A DNA stretch of 64,000 nucleotides from Spirochaetota bacterium (GTDB taxonomy: Bacteria > Spirochaetota > UBA4802 > JAFGDQ01): positions 16,371-80,370 of the forward strand of contig JAFGSG010000025.1 in the NCBI GenBank assembly GCA_016934735.1, given 5' to 3'. The notes below the pieces were generated by a model. It was not told the DNA's origin. It saw only the letters and a list, made by a program, of their open reading frames with translations, and made no database searches. A program made the translations under genes and the position numbers. Below, in pieces: positions 10,207 through 19,876 of this stretch (position 1 is its first letter; each line of letters opens with the position of its first letter).

Positions 10207-10524
10207 ATGAAAACGTTATTGATTTCAATGGTTGTAGGAATTATGGCAGGAGTTCTTGATATTTTACCTATGATTATTCAAAAAATGAATAAGCGTGCTA
10301 TAATATCCGCATTTCTTCAGTATTTCTTTGTATCGATAATAATTATAAATATTGATCTTCCTGGGATTGCATGGTGGCTTAAAGGCAGCATTATTTCATT
10401 TGCACTCGCATTGCCAATAATAATAATTGTATCTGATCAGGATAAAAAAGCTGCACCTATTATCGGTATAATGGCAATTATTCTCGGTGCACTGATCGGT
10501 ATTGCAGGACATTATTTAATATAA
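10207..10524 (+). CDS. Small multi-pass membrane protein (unknown function)
   Basis: Perfect SD AAGGAGG at 10197-10203; 105 aa, almost entirely hydrophobic with 3 predicted TM segments. Confidence 0.5.
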   Translation: MKTLLISMVVGIMAGVLDILPMIIQKMNKRAIISAFLQYFFVSIIIINIDLPGIAWWLKGSIISFALALPIIIIVSDQDKKAAPIIGIMAIILGALIGIAGHYLI

Positions 10525-10538
10525 CTATAGAGATTGAA

Positions 10539-10793
10539 ATGAATACTTCTGAGATAGTCGGAATTATTGCCGGCATTGCTACAACCGCCTCATTTGTTCC
10601 GCAGGCATATAAAGTATATAAAACTAAAAGGACTCACGACCTTTCAGCCGGGATGTTCACTCTTCTTGCTTTTGGACTTATTTTTTGGTTGATGTACGGA
10701 ATACAAAAGGAAGCAGTATCTATTATTTTTGCAAATTCTGTAACACTTGTTTTAACCTTATATATTCTCATTATGAAGATTAAGCATAAATAG
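10539..10793 (+). CDS. SemiSWEET / PQ-loop (MtN3-like) single-repeat sugar transporter
   Basis: 84 aa with three TM helices; PQ motif FVPQAYKVYKTK after TM1 is typical of bacterial SemiSWEETs. Confidence 0.65.
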   Translation: MNTSEIVGIIAGIATTASFVPQAYKVYKTKRTHDLSAGMFTLLAFGLIFWLMYGIQKEAVSIIFANSVTLVLTLYILIMKIKHK

Positions 10794-10935
10794 GCAAAAC
10801 AATATTTTATTATGATATGCTTTAAAATGATGACTGTCTCTTAACCAGATGACGCCCGATGACGAGCTTTTCGATCTTCTTGACATTCTCATAGATTTCA
10901 ACAATATTTGCATCACCATATGATCGGCTGACATC

Positions 10936-10962
10936 GATACGATATTTAAAATATATCGTATC
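10936..10962. terminator. Hairpin/bidirectional terminator between the SemiSWEET gene and the 3' end of the acd operon
   Basis: Perfect 10-bp stem GATACGATAT / ATATCGTATC with 7-nt loop TTAAAAT, followed by a T-rich run on the plus strand. Confidence 0.45.
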
Positions 10963-11007
10963 AATTGATTTTACAATTATTGAAATTATTTGAAAGCATA
11001 TTAAATT

Positions 11008-12156
11008 TTATACCTTACCGAGAATACTTTTCCCAATTAAAACTTTTTCCACCTCTTTTGTACCTTCAAAAATTTCAAGTACCTTTGCATCCCTCCAATA
11101 ATGCTCAACATTGTACTCCTGCAGAATCCCGTACCCCCCATGAAGCTGTATCGCCTCATCCGCGACCTTAACAGCGATTTCGCATGTATACCACTTTGCC
11201 ATTGCTATAAGGGCGTGGTCGACTTCACCATGGTCTACTTTCTGAGCTGCTCTGTACAGAAGGCTTCTTCCTGCCTCTATAAGAGTAGCCATTTCCGCAA
11301 TTTTTGCCTGTACAATCTGGAGTCTGCCTAAAGGCCCTCCGAATGCCTTTCGTTTCTTTACATGATTTACTGCTTTTTCAAATGCACCCTGGGCTGTACC
11401 GACTGCAAGTGCACCGCCACCATCAAGGCGGGCCCGGTTAAAAAAATCCATTAACTGATAAAATCCTTTTCCTTCTTTTCCAACAAGATTTTCCTTTGGT
11501 ACATGTACATCTTTAAGAACAACCTCTCCGGTATCGGAACATCTGATAGATAGTTTACCATGCAGTTTATTTGCTTCATAACCCGGCCTGTCTGTTTCAA
11601 CAATGATTGTACTTAACCTGTCATGTTTCTTTTTGTTTTGGGGATCTGTTACGCAAAGAACTACAAGGAAATCCGCGATATTTGCGTTGCTGATAAACAT
11701 TTTATTTCCTGATATTACATACTCATCTCCGTTTTTAACGGCTGTGGTTGTAATAGCTGCTACATCGCTCCCGGCATCAGGTTCTGTGGATGCCATGCCT
11801 GCCCTCCATTTTCCGGCACACACCGGAGGCAGGTATTTCTGTTTCTGCTCCTCTGTTCCGAAAAGTTTAATAAGTTGAGTTCCAAAATAAGCCGCAACCA
11901 TAGTCTGGGCAATCCCTGTATCTACCCTTGCAAATTCCTCTATTACAAGACATTGCTCAAAATGTCCAAGCCCTGCCCCACCGTATTTTTCTTCAATAAA
12001 CATACCAAGAAATCCGAGTTCACCGGCTTTTTTCCATATATTATCGTCAAACTTCTCATTAGCATCCAACTCTCTTGCAATGTCCGTGAATTCTTTCTCC
12101 GCAAACTCCCTTGCTGCCTGTTTAATATCTCTTTGTTCAGCAGTAAGTTCAAGCAT
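11008..12156 (-). CDS. Acyl-CoA dehydrogenase (butyryl/short-medium chain type)
   Basis: Full-length ACAD fold: FAD-binding segments and C-terminal EIFEGT...QLHGGYG motifs; 382 aa. Confidence 0.9.
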   Translation of the reverse strand: MLELTAEQRDIKQAAREFAEKEFTDIARELDANEKFDDNIWKKAGELGFLGMFIEEKYGGAGLGHFEQCLVIEEFARVDTGIAQTMVAAYFGTQLIKLFGTEEQKQKYLPPVCAGKWRAGMASTEPDAGSDVAAITTTAVKNGDEYVISGNKMFISNANIADFLVVLCVTDPQNKKKHDRLSTIIVETDRPGYEANKLHGKLSIRCSDTGEVVLKDVHVPKENLVGKEGKGFYQLMDFFNRARLDGGGALAVGTAQGAFEKAVNHVKKRKAFGGPLGRLQIVQAKIAEMATLIEAGRSLLYRAAQKVDHGEVDHALIAMAKWYTCEIAVKVADEAIQLHGGYGILQEYNVEHYWRDAKVLEIFEGTKEVEKVLIGKSILGKV

Positions 12157-12168
12157 GTGATCCCCCTA

Positions 12169-13722
12169 CTAATGTAGATTTTTAAAATGATCCCTGATAC
12201 TTCTTTTCAGTATCTTCCCCTGAGGACTCTTTGGAAGTTCCTTCCAGAAGTCCACAGATTTAGGTTTTTTAAATCCTGCCAATTTTTTTCCGCAAAAATC
12301 AATTATTTCTTTTTCTGTTACCTGAGTGCCGTCCATGAGGACAATAACAGCCTTTACAATTTCTCCCCAATGTTCATCCGGCAATCCTATAACCGATGCT
12401 TCTGAAACAGCAGGATGGCTGTAAAGTACCTCCTCGATCTCACGGGGATAAATGTTCACTCCACCGGAAATTATAAGATCATCTTTTCTTTCCAGGATAT
12501 ACAGATATCCATCTTCATCAAGCCTGCCGAGGTCCCCGGTATGAAGCCATCCGTTTCTAAGCTTCCTCGCTGACTCTTCTGCCATATGCCAGTATCCTAT
12601 CATTATTGCTTCGCTTCTGCAAATAATTTCACCTACCTCGCCTACAGGCAAGTCATTATCGTTTTCATCAACAATCCTGATTTCATAGTTAATTACCGCT
12701 TTTCCGGAAGAAGCGAGTCTTTTAAGACTCTTTTCAGAACCATCAAGGATGTGATCTTCACTTTTAAGCACCGTGGTAACCGGGCCACTCTCAGTCTGGC
12801 CATACATTTGTGCAAAACCGTATGGAAAGATTGCCAGTGCCTTCTTTAAAAGTTCGACGGGCATGGATGATCCCGCGTATAGAATCAGCCGTAAACTGCT
12901 TAAATCATATTTGCTTACATCCGGAACCTGAATAAGACTGTGAATCATTGTAGGCACAAACTGGCATCTTGTTATTTTTTCCCTTGAAATATAATCAAGA
13001 ATTTCTGCCGGATTGAATCCGCCTTCCTTCTTAATGTGAATTGTATTCGGCATGAACGAATGGCGCACTATATTATCTTCGCAAGCAACATGATACATGG
13101 GAAAAGTTATTAAAACACTGTCGTCATAATCTACCTTGAGTTCTATAACTGAAGCAACTGCGTCAGAGATCAAATGTCTGTGTGTCCTCATCGCACCTTT
13201 GGGCCTTCCAGTAGTGCCTCCAGTGAAAATTATGCTCATCACATCATCCTCAAGTACTTTAATATCAGGTTCTCTGTTCAGACCGTCTTTAATAAGAAGT
13301 TCGTAATCATCAAGAAAAGAGAGGCCTGGTTTCTGAAGACATATATATTTCTCAACTGATTTTAGCTCATCCTTCAAATTTTTTATATTTTCAAAAAAAT
13401 CATAATCTACAATAAGGTATTTCGGTTCAGAGTAATCTATAAGGTCCTTCAGCTCAAACTGTTTAAGATGATTATTGTATGGGCAGAATACAGCTCCAAT
13501 TTTTGTACATACAAAATATATTTCTATAAATTGATAACAGTTGTGAACAAGAAGTCCGATGCGGTCGCCTTTATTCAATCCAATTTTTAATAATGCATCC
13601 GCAAGGCGATTAACTCTTTCATTCAATGACTTAAAAGTCATTTTTATACCATCGGAGATAAGTGCCATTTTATAGGGAAATTTCTTTGCATTTCGAAATA
13701 TCATATCTCCGACTGTCATCAA
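12169..13722 (-). CDS. AMP-dependent acyl-CoA synthetase/ligase (fatty-acid--CoA ligase family)
   Basis: AMP-binding motif IFTGGTTGRPKGAMRTH, YGQTE, C-terminal GWLHTGDLGRLDEDGYLYILERKDD and PQGKILKR. Confidence 0.85.
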   Translation of the reverse strand: MMTVGDMIFRNAKKFPYKMALISDGIKMTFKSLNERVNRLADALLKIGLNKGDRIGLLVHNCYQFIEIYFVCTKIGAVFCPYNNHLKQFELKDLIDYSEPKYLIVDYDFFENIKNLKDELKSVEKYICLQKPGLSFLDDYELLIKDGLNREPDIKVLEDDVMSIIFTGGTTGRPKGAMRTHRHLISDAVASVIELKVDYDDSVLITFPMYHVACEDNIVRHSFMPNTIHIKKEGGFNPAEILDYISREKITRCQFVPTMIHSLIQVPDVSKYDLSSLRLILYAGSSMPVELLKKALAIFPYGFAQMYGQTESGPVTTVLKSEDHILDGSEKSLKRLASSGKAVINYEIRIVDENDNDLPVGEVGEIICRSEAIMIGYWHMAEESARKLRNGWLHTGDLGRLDEDGYLYILERKDDLIISGGVNIYPREIEEVLYSHPAVSEASVIGLPDEHWGEIVKAVIVLMDGTQVTEKEIIDFCGKKLAGFKKPKSVDFWKELPKSPQGKILKRSIRDHFKNLH

Positions 13723-13767
13723 TTGTTCCTCTTCATAAAATAATTTATATCCCTGTATAAGAAAGTA

Positions 13768-15513
13768 TTAATTTGAATTGAACGAGATAACATCTGATGG
13801 ACAGGTTGATGCGCAAAGGCCGCAGCCAACACATATATCCTCTTTTATATGGGCAATTCTTATTTCTGTCGATAAATTAGGGCCGAATACAGCTATCTGA
13901 CGCTCCTGATTAGCAAGCTCAATAGCACCGTGCGGACACGAGCTTTGGCAGGAGCCGCACCCCGAACAGCGTTCCTCATTAACATGCGGCAGCACCCTTT
14001 CTTCTTCTTTATCAAGCATCATCTCGCCGAGCGCTCCAAGTATTTCCCGCGGCTCCCAGCGGCCGGCTCTAGGATGCCTTATAAAGCCCACATGATACCG
14101 CTTTCTTCCCCATTTTGTGGGCGCCCAGCGAAGCTGCGGTTCAGACCTGTAAACGGAAAGAAATTCTTTATCTTTAATAAGAGCTATATAATCATCAAAC
14201 CTGATAATTTTTTCTGCGTTTAAAGCAAGCTTAAGTTTAACTCCTCCCATAATTTTCACTGATGTACCGTCACATTCAATAGATTCTCCTTCTTCAAGAT
14301 GAATAAATATTATACCTTCCTGGCGAGCTTTTTCATAGATTAGCTCCTCGTACGAAGGTGTAATCAGATTTTTTGTAAGAAAATATACTGTTTTGCCGGA
14401 TTTTTTCATGTTACGCGCTGTATCTATGAATTTCGAGGATATATATTCATAGAACATTCTGTTCATTATATTTTCCGTACCAAGATAAAAAAGACATGAC
14501 GCAAAATTTCCCACAGGAATTACGATCTCAGTTTCCTGCTCTTTGTAGAATAAATCATGATTTGATACTGCTTCCGCAGGAAACTCCGTTCCCTTTAAGG
14601 CGAGCATGCCTGCGCCGAAACCTGTAAGTATACTATCCTTAATATTCATGGGCTCAAGCGCTCCGCCTGAGACATAAACACCTTCCGCGTCCGTAGTTAA
14701 CGGTTCGTTCTCATTAACGAATCCGTATTTGTTTAAAGTAAAACCGAAAAGCCTGCTTAACTCTGCAAGTCCAGGATTCGGCCTTAGCGCCGTGGCAAGA
14801 ACTACGTAATTAAACCGTTCCTGCTTAAGTTTGCCGTCCGTGAAATAGCGCATTGTTACGCCTGTGTCATCTTCTTCAAAATACCGCGAATTGGTGCGTA
14901 TAAAATGCACTCCGGCATTGCGGTACATATCTTCCAGAAAAAATTCCTGCCCGAAAAGCCTGAAGTCGTTGTAGAACACCGAGATATCCGGCTTGGCCCT
15001 TTGAAGCGTCCATTTGATCTCGCGCAGCGTGTAGCTGCAACACACGGATGAACATAGGGGATATTCCTTTGAACGCGATCCGACGCATAGCACAAAAGCG
15101 ATTTTATTAAAGTCAGCTGGCATTTCTTCGTTGCGTTGGTCTATGATCGCATCATAGTCAAGGCTCGCGAGAAGTCTCCTGCCCCTGTATTCTGCCGGGT
15201 CATAAGGAATGAGTCCTGTTGCAATTACAACCCTGTCCGCTTTAAGTGTTTTCCTGTTGTTAAGAGTAACTGTGAAATAATTTTCTTTCCTGGTTACTGC
15301 GGAAATTGTGCTGTCTTTAATAACCTGAAGAAGAGGATTATCTCTTATTTCATCGAAAAATGTTTTAAATCCTATTCTGCAATTGGCTATTCGCGCCATA
15401 AGGCCGCCCGGTTCGGAAGCGGATTCAATAATTATAACAGTATTTCCTTCTTTCAATACTACCTTTGCTGCAGATATGCCGCTTATGCCGCCGCCGATTA
15501 TCAATATATTCAT
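13768..15513 (-). CDS. HdrA-like FAD-dependent oxidoreductase with C-terminal 2x[4Fe-4S] ferredoxin domain; lacks N-terminal Cys domain
   Basis: N-terminal GGGISGISAA FAD fold; HdrA signature LCVGSRSKEYPLCSSVCCSY; C-terminal CSGCGSCQSSCP and CVGCGLCASTCP. Confidence 0.7.
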   Translation of the reverse strand: MNILIIGGGISGISAAKVVLKEGNTVIIIESASEPGGLMARIANCRIGFKTFFDEIRDNPLLQVIKDSTISAVTRKENYFTVTLNNRKTLKADRVVIATGLIPYDPAEYRGRRLLASLDYDAIIDQRNEEMPADFNKIAFVLCVGSRSKEYPLCSSVCCSYTLREIKWTLQRAKPDISVFYNDFRLFGQEFFLEDMYRNAGVHFIRTNSRYFEEDDTGVTMRYFTDGKLKQERFNYVVLATALRPNPGLAELSRLFGFTLNKYGFVNENEPLTTDAEGVYVSGGALEPMNIKDSILTGFGAGMLALKGTEFPAEAVSNHDLFYKEQETEIVIPVGNFASCLFYLGTENIMNRMFYEYISSKFIDTARNMKKSGKTVYFLTKNLITPSYEELIYEKARQEGIIFIHLEEGESIECDGTSVKIMGGVKLKLALNAEKIIRFDDYIALIKDKEFLSVYRSEPQLRWAPTKWGRKRYHVGFIRHPRAGRWEPREILGALGEMMLDKEEERVLPHVNEERCSGCGSCQSSCPHGAIELANQERQIAVFGPNLSTEIRIAHIKEDICVGCGLCASTCPSDVISFNSN

Positions 15514-16199
15514 AAAAATTTCTTTTCTCCCATGACATACAATAGAAGATCAGTAAGATAAATGACCTTTCTTTTTTTGGAAAACATCTTCATTGCCATA
15601 TGACACATGGGGCAGAACACTACGATAATACCTTTCGATTGCTCGAGAAGAAGCTTGGAAAGTTTTTCCGTGACCATTTTGCTTGCAAACAGCCGGCTGG
15701 CTCCGCAGCATTTATCCCTCACCTTTTCACCATCGATCTCTCCGCTGAAAAATGTGATGATCTCTTCCATTATATATTTATTTTTTATCGCGGTTTCTTC
15801 AGGCCTTAGGAGTACACATCCGTAATATGGAGTAAAAAGCATCCCTTTTAAATCATGCTTAACTTTTAGCGAAGCCAGAAGTTCCTTATCGAAAAGCTCA
15901 AGTGGATGCAGAACAGTAAAATTTGTTTTGAAATTAAAATCTTTATTTGCGTCTTTCAGGTTTTTATAACATGCCGGGCATGGCGCAATAATTTCACAGG
16001 GTCCGTCTTCAATTTTTCTTATATTTTCCCTGGATAAATTAGTAAGCTCTTTGCCTCCGTATTCAAGGGCTCCACAGCAATTCCAGTCAGGTATTTCTAA
16101 AAGATTATGGCCCAACAGGTTAAATATTTTTCGTACATCCCTATCCAGGCTGGAAGCAGAGCCTTTCAGTGAGCAGCCGGGGTAATAACTGTAATCCAT
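15510..16199 (-). CDS. HdrB-like subunit with CCG (cysteine-rich) domains
   Basis: CCG motifs DWNCCGALEY and CPACY, plus a C-terminal CCG-like segment. Start set to the internal Met at 16199, which has RBS AAGAGGA 6 nt upstream; the ORF-track start at 16244 would overlap the hdrC-like gene. Confidence 0.7.
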   Translation of the reverse strand: MDYSYYPGCSLKGSASSLDRDVRKIFNLLGHNLLEIPDWNCCGALEYGGKELTNLSRENIRKIEDGPCEIIAPCPACYKNLKDANKDFNFKTNFTVLHPLELFDKELLASLKVKHDLKGMLFTPYYGCVLLRPEETAIKNKYIMEEIITFFSGEIDGEKVRDKCCGASRLFASKMVTEKLSKLLLEQSKGIIVVFCPMCHMAMKMFSKKRKVIYLTDLLLYVMGEKKFL

Positions 16200-16200
16200 T

Positions 16201-16674
16201 TTATATCCTCTTAACCTTATGCGGCACATGTATGCTGCGTACAATATTTATTACGTATTCCATCATCCGGAACATATGCCTGGCCCATCCATCTTTGAGC
16301 ACAAACAATGACGCTCTTAAGAACACATAGGGCTCGTACATCCTTCCCCAAATGTTGATCGATTCAATTATGGCATGCTCAAAGACTGAGCCTGTGCTGA
16401 GATTCTCGCGCAAGCCGCGCACAATGTCGGGAATGCGTATCTGCCACGGGCACGCGCTTGTGCAGCGATAGCAGTTTGTGCAGAATCGCACAAGCGGATC
16501 ATCCTTGTCCACGTTCAGCCCGAGAAAGAGGTTCATAAGCAGTTCCTGCGGATTCGCGTTTATTTCAAGGTCATTCACAGTGCATACTGACGCGCAGATC
16601 CTACACCCAAGGCAGACCGATAAATCTTCCTTTTTGTGTCCGGCAAGTTCAATTATATAATCAGTCTGCTGCAT
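16201..16674 (-). CDS. HdrC-like 2x[4Fe-4S] ferredoxin subunit
   Basis: CLGCRICASVCTV and CTNCYRCTSACP dicluster motifs; 157 aa; directly upstream of and abutting the hdrB-like gene. Confidence 0.7.
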   Translation of the reverse strand: MQQTDYIIELAGHKKEDLSVCLGCRICASVCTVNDLEINANPQELLMNLFLGLNVDKDDPLVRFCTNCYRCTSACPWQIRIPDIVRGLRENLSTGSVFEHAIIESINIWGRMYEPYVFLRASLFVLKDGWARHMFRMMEYVINIVRSIHVPHKVKRI

Positions 16675-17677
16675 TTTTTAGCTCGTCCTCAAGGAATGTT
16701 GTAAATGGGATCTCTTCATCAAAACTCATTCCAGACATATAGGAAAAAACATCCTGCATTCTTTCTGATGTGCCTTTAAAATATTTAGCCAGCGGTATGC
16801 CCTGCGGGCATGCTTCTTCACATGCCCCGCAGCCCACGCATGTCTGGGATACATGGTACATTCTAATAAAATGAAAAATTTCTTTATTCTGCGGCAGATC
16901 AGTAGAGCCCTTCTGATATATCTTGTTTAATAAAGCATCCCCTTTCGGCATGTACTCATCGCCGTTAAATACGCAGTCAAGGCAGTAGCATACAGGGCAC
17001 ATATCCCTGCAGTTCATGCACATTATACATTTTGAAAAATCTGCTCCGAATGTTTCCATATTGCTCTGGAATTTTTCCTGTTTGGGAGATTCTCCTATGA
17101 GCATATCAGGCGTATTTTCTTCATAGCTGCCTTCAATGAGATTGGACAGTGTTTCCCCTTGCTCAGTATACGGCAATATCCAAATAGATCCGCTTTTATC
17201 TATGCGTATGCCCGCATCTCCCACAATGCCCCTGCGTTCCCGGCATGCTGCGCAGGCCGGACGAAGTTTCTCCCCGGACGCAAAGTATTCTTTCAGTTCA
17301 ACAGGATCAGCAGGCACATCTTCAATTTTTTCTTTCAGAGAAACTGCTCCGAAACAGTCTACAGATACTGCAATAATGCTTTCCCTCTCAACCTGTGTCA
17401 GCTTGGTTAATTCTATGTATGCGCGTATTTCACACGGTCTCAGTATAAGAATGATTTTGGTGCTTTTGGAAAAAAGACGTTTAAGATAAATTGCCCCGTT
17501 GATCCCGAAATAAGGATTGAACAGACTGTAACCGTGAAGATCATTCCGGAACAATCTGTGCACGATCCGATCTTTTTGTTTTTCAAAACCGAATATCAGA
17601 TGCTGCTCATCCTCAAGAAATTTATTCAGAGTGCTTTCAACGCTACTGGCATCAACTTTTTTTCCCTTCATTTTCAT
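16661..17677 (-). CDS. Iron-sulfur protein with C-terminal 2x[4Fe-4S] motifs (FrhB/FdhB- or AsrA-like; exact family unresolved)
   Basis: CIMCMNCRDMCPVCYC and CVGCGACEEACP in the C-terminal half, a Cys pair CAAC mid-protein, and an N-terminal domain of ~170 aa. Its position between mvhD and hdrC suggests an electron-transfer subunit. Confidence 0.45.
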   Translation of the reverse strand: MKMKGKKVDASSVESTLNKFLEDEQHLIFGFEKQKDRIVHRLFRNDLHGYSLFNPYFGINGAIYLKRLFSKSTKIILILRPCEIRAYIELTKLTQVERESIIAVSVDCFGAVSLKEKIEDVPADPVELKEYFASGEKLRPACAACRERRGIVGDAGIRIDKSGSIWILPYTEQGETLSNLIEGSYEENTPDMLIGESPKQEKFQSNMETFGADFSKCIMCMNCRDMCPVCYCLDCVFNGDEYMPKGDALLNKIYQKGSTDLPQNKEIFHFIRMYHVSQTCVGCGACEEACPQGIPLAKYFKGTSERMQDVFSYMSGMSFDEEIPFTTFLEDELKNAAD

Positions 17678-18089
17678 CTACCTTATCCTGTATCTCATTA
17701 TACATAGCAGTTACTTTTTCTATAAAGCGCCGCGCCTCTGCCGCGCTCACCCAGAAGAGCCGTACTTTACCCTTCATGGAAAACGCATCGAACATTTCTT
17801 TTAATGCAGCCATCTTCCTTCTCGTATAAAAATTGCCCTTAATAAAATGGCAATCACCCGGATGGCATCCCCCTACAAAGACACCGTCCGCTCCTTCGAA
17901 TATCGCTTTTATAATAAATGCCGGGTCTACCCTGCTTGAACACGGCACCTGTATAAGCCTTATTCCTTCAGGATATTTCATTCTAAGGCTGCCGGCCATC
18001 TCCGAAGCCTTAAAAGTGCAGTAGGTGCAGACAAATCCTACAATTTCAGCATTCCTTTTTATTTTTTCTTCCGGCATATATCCTCTCAA
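17652..18089 (-). CDS. mvhD: MvhD/FlpD-type hydrogenase iron-sulfur subunit (methyl-viologen-reducing hydrogenase delta-like)
   Basis: VGFVCTYCTF...VPCSSRVDP...VGGCHPGDCHF spacing is characteristic of the MvhD [2Fe-2S] family; 145 aa. Confidence 0.75.
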   Translation of the reverse strand: MRGYMPEEKIKRNAEIVGFVCTYCTFKASEMAGSLRMKYPEGIRLIQVPCSSRVDPAFIIKAIFEGADGVFVGGCHPGDCHFIKGNFYTRRKMAALKEMFDAFSMKGKVRLFWVSAAEARRFIEKVTAMYNEIQDKVDENEGKKS

Positions 18090-18181
18090 TATAATATTTC
18101 GAATTCAGCTTTATTGTTTCCCGGACATCACCCCGCCAGTCCGTTCCCGCTATGGAAGAAGAGGCTGGGGAATGAGGTCTT

Positions 18182-19855
18182 TTATACAGTCATTAAAAAC
18201 CCGTTTATTTCATCATCTATAATGCTGTCTATATATCCCTTTAGTCCTATTGCAGAAGAAGGACATGTGGCATTGCACAGTCCGCATCCCTGGCATGCTG
18301 CTTCTTCCACGTGCACGACCCTTGTTTCTTCGTCATATTTTATGGCATTGGAAAAACACGCGTGCTCACACATCCTGCATCCGCTGCATCTCCTGGGGTT
18401 TACATACGATATGAACGGGTCCAGATATGCCCATCCTAAATTCAAAAATCCAAAAAGTTTTAAAGCGGCTGATCTGCCGTGATTGATCGATTCTTCAGTA
18501 TCCTTGGGGCCGGAACATGCTCCTGCTATCAAAATTCCCTTTACCGCCGTGTCAAACGGCCTGAGTTTTATATGCGCTTCAAGAAAAAATTTGTCCTTAT
18601 CGAGAGTGATCTTGAGTAATGTAGCAAGGTCTCTGCTGTCCACAGGGTTCGACATTCCGATTGACAGAACCGCCAGATCGAACTCCCTCTCAAATGGTTC
18701 GCTTAAAAGAGTATCTTCTCCTCTGATAATAATAGCGTTCTCTCCTGATGTTATCTCCGCTATATTTGACCTCGTGAAAAGAGCGCCCTTTGCCTGTGTA
18801 TCCTCGTAATATTCCTCTCCTCCTTTTGGATGAGATCTCATATCGATATAAAACGATTCCACATACGAATCTTTAAACTTATCTTTAACAGCGTTCGCGA
18901 CCCGCAGACTATTAATACAGCAAATCCTTGAACAGTAAGCTTTTCCTATCTGTTCATCCCTTGACCCGACGCAATGAAGTATTGCCACTCTCGGTTTTTC
19001 AGGAAGATTAAGGCTTTCAAACTTATTCTCAAAATCTACTGTTGTAATTATCCTTTCATCTTTTCCGTAATTCAATTCTGGTTTTAATCGCGCGTCAAAG
19101 AGAGAAAAACCTATCGAAACGATAACTCCGCCTATTATTATTTTTTTTTCTCCTTGCGGACCTGCAAGGACTGCCTCATAATTACCGAAAAATCCTTCAA
19201 ATGATTTCAGAACAGTTGATGTATAGATCTCCACATTATCCCTGCTTTTAAGCTCACCTACCATTGCTTCGATAATATCTGACCCACTTTTCAGGGAAGG
19301 CCAGACGTTCTTAAGCTTTCCGACCTGCCCGCCGAGAAAAGCTTCCTTCTCAGCAACATATACCTGCATTCCCATGTTTGAAAGGAAAAGCGCGGCACTA
19401 AGGCCGGATACCCCGCCTCCTATTATAAGAGCGGATTTCGTCACATCCACACGCTTCTCTTCCAGCGGAACCTGATGACATGATCCGTATATTCCTGCTG
19501 TTATTAGTCTTTTTGCTTTTTCCGAATTCTTTTCGAGGTCATCGCCCACCCAGGAACAATGTTCCCTTATGCTCACCCTGCGCAGATAGAAAGGATTCAG
19601 GTTTGACTTTTTGAGCAGGTCTTTAAAAAGATCGCCGTGAAGCGAAGGAGTGCACGAAGCTATAACAACGCGGTCAAGCCCGTATTTCTCGATGCTGTCC
19701 TTTATCATGTCCTGGCCTGGCTCGGAGCATACGAACGGATAGTCCTCGGAAACAACTACGTTGGGGAACGACTTAAAGAAATCGCCCAGCCTTTTTACGT
19801 TTACCGTATGCTTAATGTTGTGTCCGCAATGGCAGACGAATACGCCTATTTTCAT
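18182..19855 (-). CDS. hdrA: Heterodisulfide reductase subunit A (HdrA) homolog
   Basis: N-terminal GVFVCHCGHNI cluster domain, FAD fold IIGGGVSGLSAA, HdrA signature LHCVGSRDEQIGKAYCSRICC, C-terminal CSGCRMCEHAC and CQGCGLCNATCP. Confidence 0.8.
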   Translation of the reverse strand: MKIGVFVCHCGHNIKHTVNVKRLGDFFKSFPNVVVSEDYPFVCSEPGQDMIKDSIEKYGLDRVVIASCTPSLHGDLFKDLLKKSNLNPFYLRRVSIREHCSWVGDDLEKNSEKAKRLITAGIYGSCHQVPLEEKRVDVTKSALIIGGGVSGLSAALFLSNMGMQVYVAEKEAFLGGQVGKLKNVWPSLKSGSDIIEAMVGELKSRDNVEIYTSTVLKSFEGFFGNYEAVLAGPQGEKKIIIGGVIVSIGFSLFDARLKPELNYGKDERIITTVDFENKFESLNLPEKPRVAILHCVGSRDEQIGKAYCSRICCINSLRVANAVKDKFKDSYVESFYIDMRSHPKGGEEYYEDTQAKGALFTRSNIAEITSGENAIIIRGEDTLLSEPFEREFDLAVLSIGMSNPVDSRDLATLLKITLDKDKFFLEAHIKLRPFDTAVKGILIAGACSGPKDTEESINHGRSAALKLFGFLNLGWAYLDPFISYVNPRRCSGCRMCEHACFSNAIKYDEETRVVHVEEAACQGCGLCNATCPSSAIGLKGYIDSIIDDEINGFLMTV

Positions 19856-19876
19856 TATTGAATAGCCTTTTGTTGT

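Noticed and set aside
10758-10964. 68-aa minus-strand ORF between the SemiSWEET and acd genes
   Set aside because: The sequence is better explained as a terminator hairpin (10936-10962) plus non-coding spacer. There is no RBS and composition is odd.
18090-18181. Unusually GC-rich 92-bp spacer between hdrA and mvhD, examined for an attenuator hairpin or SECIS-like element
   Set aside because: I could not find a convincing stem-loop by eye. All Hdr/Mvh ORFs are uninterrupted, so no selenocysteine recoding needs to be invoked.
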